From Malacoraja senta (taxonomy: Eukaryota), in contig CM075989.1 in assembly GCA_038087875.1 (NCBI GenBank), positions 15,564,001-15,628,000 of the forward strand: a stretch of 64,000 bases of DNA. Reading direction: 5' to 3'. The notes under the pieces were generated by a model. That model was not told the origin of the DNA. It saw only the letters and a list, made by a program, of their open reading frames with translations, and ran no database searches. The stretch's first letter is position 1, and each line of letters starts with the position of its first letter. Of this stretch, positions 54,661 through 64,000 are shown in pieces. Both the position numbers and the translations under genes were made by a program.

Positions 54661-54691
54661 GTTGGTTAGGATAGACACTCTGGGAATCACA

Positions 54692-55012
54692 TTTTAGTTT
54701 AGTTTTAGTTTGAGAGATACAGCGTGGAAACAGGCCCTTCGGCCCACCGAGTCCGCGCCGACCAGTGATCCACGCATATTAACACTATCCTACACAGATG
54801 AGGGACAATTTACATTGATACCCAGCCAATTAACCTTCAAACCTGTACGCTTTTGGAGTATGGGACGAAACCAAAGATCTTGGAGAAAACCCACACAGGT
54901 CATGGGGAGAACGTACAAACTCTGTACAGATAAGCCCCGTGGTCGGAATCGAACCTGGGTCTCCGGAGCTGTATGCGTTGTAAGGCAGCAACTCTACTGC
55001 TGCGCCACCGTG
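54692..55012 (-). mobile_element. tRNA-derived SINE, full length
   Basis: (tttag)n tail, gatacagcgtggaaacaggcccttcggccc, and head ggatcgaacctggg-like/gcgccaccgtg on the reverse strand. Confidence 0.88.
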
Positions 55013-56299
55013 TTGCTCCGTGCGCTCGCTTACGCTAGTGTGTAAAACGTTTATTCTCACAATGAATAAAATGTTGTTACTGTTGTACCTGCCCGAGCAG
55101 AGTTGGGTTAGGGTGAGAAAGTGTTAAGCTGAGGCAGAATGCTGTTCGCCCGGCTTCTGTGCACCCATTGTATTAATGTGGAGACAGGAAGCTGGCCATC
55201 CTTCCGTCTAACTGGCTGCTTTGTTTTTGTTCTGGAACAGCAAGTGAAAATCTCGCAGTATTGAATTTCAATGACGGTCTTAATTGCAAAGCACCCACAC
55301 GTGGTTACAGATGAGCAAATTCACTGCAACTAGGTGCTAATTTAAAATCATTTCAGATATATTCTTGAAGTGCAAAGGTTTTGAATTATGCAGGGTATCA
55401 TGTTATTTACTATTCTAAATAATTGGTCAGAAATAATCAATTGTAGAATAGCTTCTGTGGAATAATGTAAAAAGTAAATGTCACTCCTAGATTCAGCAAG
55501 CATTAAATGGGGCATTGTGGTTTGATCGTTTCTTGAAAATCCGGTTTGGAGAACTAGCTGTGTGCGAAACCTTCTTGAGGTTTTCCGTCTGGTATTCCTC
55601 CCACTCACTGCTCTCCTTGTGGGGCTGAGTAAATATTGAGACTGGCAGCACCCCCATTGATTGTCACCCCAATATTTGGTGACGAAAGATCATCACCCTG
55701 AACGGTTGGGTCTAGTTCCTTCCTCACAGATGCTGCATGACCTGCAGTGTGTTCCCAGCACTTTGTGCTTCGCTTTAGATGTTTGAAACACATTTGCATT
55801 TACAAAGGAAGGGACTAGTTTGATGTTATGATGGGCACATGTGCTGAGGTACAGTTAAAAACTTTGTTTCGCACTCTATCCAAACAGATCAGATATCCAT
55901 ACATAGATACAAACTAAAGTACAATTGATAGAGCAAAGAGGAAGGTACAGAGTGCAGGATATGGACCTTAGCAATGTCCTGATAATTTGGATGTTGAATT
56001 GATAAAAAATAATTAACTTCTTTATATTTGATTTTTACGTTTGGAGATTTTGTAAATTTAAAAATCTCCAAAAGGTCACTTGGTTGAATAGTCAGTAATA
56101 CACAGATACAGGCTGATAGGTAGCAGCAAACATTCACCCAGATAAGTGCCTAGGCAGGAGCGCATCCCAACCAAGAGGGAGTCTAACCACGTATTCTTGA
56201 CATTCAAGGGCATGATTTTGCTGACACCCCCCCACCATCAAACTCCGAGGTGATATCCTTAATCCAAACCGTATCTGAACCCAGGCACATGAATACCGT

Positions 56300-56431
56300 G
56301 TGTCGGAAGGATCTTGCAGATGCTTGTTTAACCGAAGATAGACAAAAAAAGCTGGAGTAACTCAGCGGGTCAGACAGCATCTCTGGAGAAAGGAAGAGGT
56401 GATGTTTTGGGTCAAGACCCTTCTTCAGACT
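56300..56431 (-). mobile_element. Hammerhead-bearing short element (core decayed)
   Basis: gctggagtaactcagcgggtcagacagcatctctggag...gggtcaagacccttcttcagac. Confidence 0.8.
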
Positions 56432-56469
56432 GCAGCAGTAGCTCAGAGGCTGGGAACCCTTAAGATGAC

Positions 56470-57045
56470 ATCAGCGCCTCTACTTCCTGAGAAGATTACG
56501 GAGAGTCGGTTTGTCAAGGAGGACTCTCTCTAACTTCTACAGGTGCACAGTAGAGAGCATGCTGACCGGTTGCATCGTGGCTTGGTTCGGCAACTTGAGT
56601 GCCCTGGAGAGGAAAAGACTACAAAAAGTAGTAAACACTGCCCAGTCCATCATCGGCTCTGACCTCCCTTCCATCGAGGGGATCTACCACAGTCGCTGCC
56701 TCAAAAAGGCTGGCAGCATCATCAAGGACCCACACCATCCTGGCCACACACTCATCTCCCTACTACCTTCAGGTAGAAGGTACAGGAGCCTGAAGACTGC
56801 AACGACCAGGTTCAGGAACAGCTACTTCCCCACAGCCATCAGGCTATTAAACCTGGCTCGGACATAACACTGAACTTTATTAGCCAATACTGTTATTTGC
56901 ACTTTATCAGTATATTGACCATTGTGTATATATTTATAGAATGCCTTGTAGTAAATGCCTACTATGTTCTATTGTGCTCAAGCAAAGCAAGAATTTCATT
57001 GTCCTACCAGGGACACATGACAATAAACTCACTTGACTTGACTTG
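56470..57045 (+). mobile_element. Rex1/Babar-like LINE 3' fragment
   Basis: ORF 56511-56867 FYRCTVESMLTGCIVAWFG...IIKDPHHPGHTLISLLPSGRRYRS, then gacaataaa plus (cttga)n tail. Confidence 0.88.
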
Positions 57046-59404
57046 CCTCCTGATTCTCCACAGCTTTATGTGAGGAGGGTTTTGGGAAACTCTCCACTTG
57101 CCTGCATAAGTGAAACATTTAAGCCTGAAGCAATCTGTTTAGTGACAACCTAAACTATCCCTTCCACCCGTTGCCAGTATACTGGTTGTATTGTGTGTCA
57201 TCTTCAAACTCTCTTGCATTTACTTGCCAGTCTATGAAAACAGCACTTCTAAAACTTGTGCCCACCAGGACAAAGGCACCGGGCGCTTCGGATCATTTGT
57301 GAAATAACACAGTGTCCTGATGGAAAAATATCAGTTTCTTCATCACCGCTGGGTCTAGAGACCTTGGATCTTTGGTCTAAAGCAGCCCCTTGAATTCCTC
57401 ACCAGGAAAGATGTCCAACTTCCCAAGGGCAGCTCGGGTTGGGCAGACTATGCTGGCATTGCTAGTGACTTCCATGTCCTATTTTTAAAAAAGAAATAAA
57501 ATCACATTGAATGCTGGCTCGAAGGGGCGAATGACCTACTCCTGCACCTATTGTCTAAAATGTTTTCTTCCCCAAAAAATCTGGGATTGTTTTCAAATTT
57601 TGCATTGCCCTACAACTTAATTTAGTCTCATTGACCAAGGTCACATAAATAACGTGTTGTTATTTCCCCCTTCTGTGTTATCCCAGGATTGGTTTGGATT
57701 TTGTCTTCTCTTCCCTCTCTTCATTGTGGAATCTCAACATGGCAGAGAAGTGATGGGTTGCTTTACATTCTGTTCAGATTTCCAATGAACAAATAAAGGT
57801 TGGATTCTTGTATGTGTTGTTGATGAGGAGTAATTGCTGGGGATCGAGGAGCTGTTGAATGGAGCTTGTTGTGCTGGATGATCAGTGCAAATAAAGTTCC
57901 ACAGAAGGCTTGTCATGTTACTGCCATCTATTGACTGCGACTGGGATTTCTCCATGGGAACAAATTTTTGTTTCTCCATCAGGGACCGAACCTGTTTGTA
58001 TTCTCCACTGTTGTTGCTATTGCTACTCAGTGTCTATTACCAGAGGATCTTCAGAGGGATTGAGGCTTGTGTTCTTGGCATTTCCATTTGCGCCTAAACT
58101 AAAAGAAGCACAAAGTTCAGCGTTGGAATCATTAGACAGTTTTAATATGATATAAAAAAATAAAATATTTCTACTCTGCTCAAATAATTTGAATTCTCAA
58201 CCCGAAAAGTCACCCATTCTTTCTCTCCAGAGATGCTGCCTCTCCCGCTGAGTTACTCCAGCTTTCTGTGTCTATCTTCGGTTTATTTGCAGTTCCTTCC
58301 TACACAGAAATATTTAATTTTTTGATATATTGCTTAAGATTTCCATTGAGTATGGAATTCATTTTACACTTTATACATTTATTTGTGCTGTGTTATGTTT
58401 CCATGTTCAAATCCCCCTTCAGAGACTTGAGCCCAGCAGTCCAGCAGCAGTGAGCGAGTGAGTGCTGCAGTGTTGCAGGTGACTTCCTCTGGATATGATG
58501 TTGAACTGAGGGGCTCACCTACTCTCTAAAGTGATAATGAAAGATTCCTGTTTCCACGAAAAAGAGAGTGTTGTCCACTGTTTATCCTGAATCAGTCTTC
58601 CTACAAGGATTCAATTATGAGAGCTTACTGTGTGAAATTGGCAACAATGTCACCCAAAGCACAATTGAAACTGCCCTGCAAAAGCCCTTCATTATTTCTG
58701 AAACACTTTGGGACTTTCTGAAAGGGATGCACAGGCACTACTCAAACGCAAGTCATTCACTTTCTTTAAGTATGTTGGAAGGTGTCACCTGTGGAATAAA
58801 CAGGCACAATGTTGAATAGTTCTTGAACTGTCTAATGTTGTCAGAAGTAGGGAACATTGGCTGCAAAAGTACTGGGGGCAGATGAGAATTGTTCTGGTAG
58901 GGAGCTGGCACAGACCTGATGGGCCAAACGGCGGCCTTCTGTGCTTTACCCATTCTATGACTGTGATTTTGCTGCCAATACGAGGTTGCACACATTTCAT
59001 CCTGCCGAGCTGAGCTAAATTACCATTTACTTGTTTCACAGCGTCATTTGAGTAAAATGTGTAGACCAGGACACAGGTGCCATCCGATCTTTTAACGTGT
59101 CCTTATGACCTTGGTTAGATGCCTCATTGAAAGATGCTACTTCTGGCAATGTAGCACCCATTACGTTTTGCACAGAGATCTTGTGCGATTTTCACTGGCA
59201 TTAAAAAAAAATCTTACTCTCGTCATTTTTAAATGTTGGCATATATTTATGTCATCATAGTCATCAAAATAAATGAAGGTAAAATAATCTACTCTTAATC
59301 CATAAAAATGGCACCATTGTCATAGAACTCCAACGAGAGAGGAGGTGGTTTAATTGCACGTTCGGTAGTAACCTGCTGATTCTGTCTGGCGTGTTTTGGG
59401 GCAG

Positions 59405-59566
59405 ATACGGCACATGCGGGAGGAGTTGGAGGAGCATCACCATCAGCAAGATGAAGCACTTCTGAAGAACCAGCAGCTGAAGCAGAGCATCAATGAGCTG
59501 GAGCACGACCTTGAAAGCAAAAAGCATTGTGTAGATGATCGAGTGCGGCAGGTCAAGCAAATGGAG
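59405..59566 (+). CDS. CGNL1: CGNL1 coiled-coil exon
   Basis: ggcag|ATA...GAG|gtgaac. 162 nt, IRHMREELEEHHHQQDEALLKNQQLKQSINELEHDLESKKHCVDDRVRQVKQME; recalled human QDEALTKRQLLEQ...DDRSRLVKQME. Confidence 0.9.
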
Positions 59567-59898
59567 GTGAACACAGGCTTGTGAACGAGTTTACTTTATC
59601 TTAACATTTTGCCTTAACTTCCAGATCTGGGAAAAGCTGAAAGTATCACAGGATCACACCTGATCATGTGGCTACTTTTAATCTAAACCACACAACCAAG
59701 GGTTTCATTGACCTTTCAAATAAAGAAATGGACCTTTCAAATAAATCTTAAAGGGGTGACTCAATATTTTTGGATTGTTTTCTAATTTTTTCCCCTTCTC
59801 TTTACTTTTTCTTCTTTTGATGACAAGCCATTTAACCCATCTGCTATAAAGTTGCCCCATCTGTTGATAGAAGGATAACGCATGTGATAGAAGGATAA

Positions 59899-60571
59899 GG
59901 CAGTGAAGAAAGCGAATGGTATGTTAGCTTTCATAGCAAAAGGATTTGAGTATAGGAGCAGGGAGGTTCTACTGCAGTTGTACAGGGTCTTGGTGAGACC
60001 ACACCTGGAGTATTGCGTACAGTTTTGGTCTCCAAATCTGAGGAAGGACATTATTGCCATAGAGGGAGTGCAGAGAAGGTTCACCAGACTGATTCCTGGG
60101 ATGTCAGGACTGTCTTATGAAGAAAGACTGGATAGACTTGGTTTATACTCTCTAGAATTTAGGAGATTGAGAGGGGATCTTATAGAAACTTACAAAATTC
60201 TTAAGGGGTTGGACAGGCTAGATGCAGGAAGATTGCTCCCGATGTTGGGGAAGTCCAGGACAAGGGGTCACAGCTTAAGGATAAGGGGGAAATCCTTTAA
60301 AACCGAGATGAGAAGAACTTTTTTCACACAGAGAGTGGTGAATCTCTGGAACTCTCTGCCACAGAGGGTAGTCGAGGCCAGTTCATTGGCTATATTTAAG
60401 AGGGAGCTAGATGTGGCCCTTGTGGCTAAAGGGATCAGAGGGTGTGGAGAGAAGGCAGGTACGGGATACTGAGTTGGATGATCAGCCATGATCATATTGA
60501 ATGGCGGTGCAGGCTCGAAGGGCTGAATGGCCTACTCCTGCACCTAATTTCTATGTTTCTATGTTTCTATG
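59899..60571 (+). mobile_element. Young CR1-like LINE, 5'-truncated, intact ORF2 C-terminus
   Basis: Uninterrupted 189-codon ORF (RPHLEYCVQFWSP, LGLYSLEFRRLRGDLIETYKI, FFTQRVVNLWNSLP), 3' UTR and (tttctatg)3 tail. Confidence 0.95.
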
Positions 60572-60839
60572 TACAAGTATTGACATTGAAATCCTGAAAT
60601 ACTGATGATGATCAAACATTAATTTGTTTTAACCTTCTAAAAATATATCAAAAATGAAATTAGTTAGGAATGTTAATATAATGTAGGATGTTATTGGAAT
60701 AAAATCATTACTTTTTCAGTAGAATGTTATGTGAAAGGATTTTGGTAACACCTTTTGCATATTTTTGGAAAGTAAATGCACTCTAATGCATTATTTGTTC
60801 AATTTGTTGCAAAGACTTTTCAATCTACTGGATTTGAAC

Positions 60840-61240
60840 ACATGTAGTGGAAGTGGCTGAGAGCTTCAAGTGCCTTGGCATTAATATTACCAGTGCTTTG
60901 TCGTGGAGCGACCACATTAATGTGACAGACAAGTAGGCACACTAACACCTCTACTTCATGAGGAGACTGAGGAGATGTGGCATGTTTCCAATGACTCTTA
61001 CAAACGTTTACTGAAGCACCATAGAGAACATACTGTCGGGTTGATCACAGCTTGGTTTGGGATCCGCTCTGCCCAAGACCGCAGGAAATTGCTGAGAGTA
61101 GTAGATGTAGCCTAGTCCATCACATAGACCATTGACTCCATCTACACTTCATGCTGCTTTGGGAAAGTAATCAGCATATTCAAAGATTTGTCCCTCCCTG
61201 GTCATTCCTCCTCCTCCCTAGTCCTGTCCAGCAGTATTCA
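60840..61240 (+). mobile_element. Decayed Rex1/Babar-like LINE fragment
   Basis: Diverged similarity to 56470-56860 (cctctacttcatgaggagactgaggag). Confidence 0.65.
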
Positions 61241-62111
61241 CCTCTACCCCATTGTGGGCATGGGACCTTTCAAAGCTACTGAGAACTCTGTTCTGCACTC
61301 TGTATCCTCCCCTTTGATCCATCTATGGTAAGTTTAGGTTTATTATTGTCACAGTACTGAGGTACAGTGAAAAGCTTTGTTTTGCATGCTAGCCAAACAG
61401 ATCAGATAATACTATATATAAATAAAATCACTTCAAATTCAAATACAATACTTAGAGCAAAGGGCAAAGAAATTTACCTTGTAGCATACCAGTTGCATAG
61501 ACAAAATCCAATGTCCACAATGAGGTAGAGGCGAATTGGACTGTACCCTAGCTTATGTAAGGACTGTTCAGAAGCCTGATAACAGAGGGGAACAAGCTGT
61601 TCCTGAGTCTGGAGGTGTATGCTTTCAGGCTTCTGTATCTTCTGCCAGTCAGGAGCAGGGAGAAGGAATGACCTGGGTGGGACAAGTCTTTTATTATGCT
61701 GACTGCTTTTCCGAGGCAGCGTGAAATGTAGATGGAGGCAATAAGTGGGAAGTCAGGTCTTTATGATGGACTAGCCTACTTTTAAAACTCACTGCAATTT
61801 CTTGCAGTCTGAGGCAAAATTGTTCACAAACCAAGCTGTGATGCAGCCTGACAGTATGCGTTCTATGGTGCATCTTGTACTTGAGTTTGATGATTATATT
61901 TATATATATGGTATTAACTGATCTGATGGATAGCATGTAAAGCAAAGCTTTTCACTGTCTCTCAGTACATGTGACAACAATTAACCTAAACCTAAGAACC
62001 AATATTGAAACATAATGCGTCACTTGTATATAATAGTCCGAGGCTGCTTTATGGGAAAAGTGGTTGCTATTTCCATGTTTCATTCCACTTCAACCTGATT
62101 TATGTTTGCAG

Positions 62112-62201
62112 GATAAACTGGCAGATTTGGAGATGGAGTTTGATGAGGAGAGAAATAATTCAGACCTTCTGACAGAACGCATGAATAGAGACCGAGAGCA
62201 G
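62112..62201 (+). CDS. CGNL1: CGNL1 coiled-coil exon
   Basis: tttgcag|GAT...CAG|gtaact. 90 nt, DKLADLEMEFDEERNNSDLLTERMNRDREQ; recalled human DKVSQLEMELEEERNNSDLLSERISRSREQ. Confidence 0.93.
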
Positions 62202-64000
62202 GTAACTAAGCCAGTTGAGATAATAGATTGAACGTGTTGCAATTGATTAGCGATGGAAATGGCTGTCTTGTCTATGGTATAAGAATCTGCCTCATAAAGC
62301 TGCCGCTAAAAGGGCAGACAATATAAATAAGTTGACAAAGTAACTGATAAGATTCCAGGCATTAATATCGTCTAAGTCAGTATTGATTTTCCTCCCCCTG
62401 TGAACAACATGGAACAACCGGCTGTTGTATTATTCAGGTGCATTGTGTTTGGAATAATGTGTTGACGTGACCATAAAAATACATTGGTTGGGTTGGCTGA
62501 TATATTCCACACCAGGCGATGACAATGGGTAAGTTGTTCAATAAATATTTCTTGACTAACGTGCTGTAAAGTTGCAGATCTGCAGCTGATTGCCTCACTC
62601 GTAAATATACACGTCAACACATACAATGTCTGATAAGTTTGCTTATTGATTTTGTGAACTGCCACAAGATTCATTAGCTCTATTCCTCTCCAAAAAAAAC
62701 GTGTGGAAAAAATTGAAAGGTGCCCATTAAAACATTCCTGTGAATCCAGAGGTTTCTTGGCAATTCAGTTGGATCGTCTTGACCCATTCCCTACGACCAG
62801 CTTCCTGCCTTGCTCCACAGCCCTCAATAGCAGAGTGGCAGCTTTAAGACGAATTATTATGCTGCAATATGAGAAGATAAAATGTGCTCTATTCTCAGCT
62901 TGCTCATTGTGTGTGATACCATTGTGGCACGCAGCATAATTGGGGGGTACAGTACAGGTCGCAGTCACCTTGAACTTTACTTTTATTTGCAGCAAAGTAA
63001 AATAGTTTGAACTGCAAAGTGAAATTGCTCAGATTTAGATTCAATAGCCATTAAATGATATGTTGAATCATATATCACTTTCGCCTTTACCAAGCTAACT
63101 TGGTTTGAGTTTTAAGTCCTTCGATAATAATAGGTTATATGTGTGCTTAAATAAAGATGGTGCAACCAGTATGAATGGTGAAGGCAATAATTGTCATTAA
63201 CACCGTATCGGTTTCAGTTTGGACAGGCTACCAGTGATGTAACATAGTTAAGCGGGGAACACTCAGCTCTGTTACTGATCACCAGCGATCTCCATTTTCA
63301 CCAAATACTCTTGTGTGTAAAGTTTCAACACACTAGGTCTTACAGCCAAAAGTTCTATCCATATCCACCCATCTAATCTGGTTTAAGACTGAATCAATGC
63401 TTAGCCCACAACATTAAAGGATTATTGTTCCTGCATAATATTGTTTTGAAATATTATATTTCAAAGGGAAAACAATTTCTTCATTCGTATGGAATGATCA
63501 AGCAGGCTGGGACGTTTAATATATCTAAACAGTGAAGCCAGCATCTCTCCAGCTGATTTCATGCCTCATTTAAGAGCTGCTTATTTCCCTTGATTAGTTG
63601 CCAAATCATAGACTAAACCATTCACGAGCTACAGAATTTTACATAGTGTTTCTGTCATTTGATCTTCTGGCATGTAATTAAAGGAGTCCTTTTAACCTCC
63701 AGCGCAAATAGGTTTTGAATCGGGGGATTATGGAAAGGGGTTTTATTCCTCCTGACTTTGCATGTTGAGAGATTTGAATTTCTTGCTCCATAAAATTAAT
63801 CCCTTTAAAATTGGATTGTACTTAATTTCCATTAGTTCGTAAAATGAAGATTATGTTGCATCTTGGCTTGTGTGGAGATTCTTATTTGACTTGCCTTTGA
63901 CTTGACGTGTTTTTTCCTGATATGTACGTCTGTTCAAAGCAACTACTTGTTCATTTTTGATATTCATAATCTGGTTGCATATTGAATGATATAATTAGAA

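Overview
Eukaryotic, repeat-rich genomic DNA. The SINE/LINE content suggests a cartilaginous fish, probably a skate or ray (inference). There are no prokaryotic genes, CRISPR arrays or rRNA. Two spliced genes lie on the + strand, recognised by hand-translating GT-AG exons that the ORF track mostly misses. Four internal TCF12 (HEB) exons (5264-25514, 119 aa) come first, then a 200-N assembly gap (29470-29669), then six phase-0 coiled-coil exons of CGNL1 (40993-62201, 296 aa). The 3' part of TCF12, including the bHLH exons, and the 5' part of CGNL1 were not found, so the gap probably hides far more than 200 bp. The introns hold two inverted Tc1-like IR/DR copies, a Harbinger-like element, tRNA-derived SINEs, CR1 and Rex1/Babar-like LINE fragments, a Penelope-like GIY-YIG remnant and a compound (CA)n array. 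The most interesting signal is a dispersed ~95-200 bp element, often flanked by target-site duplications or arranged as a palindrome, that carries a minimal type I hammerhead-ribozyme core (CUGAAGA-A-stem II-GAAAC-GUH) of the kind linked to Penelope-like elements. Two copies sit at the same codon of two different CR1 LINEs. Gene and family names come from recalled sequences, not database searches; repeat boundaries are approximate.
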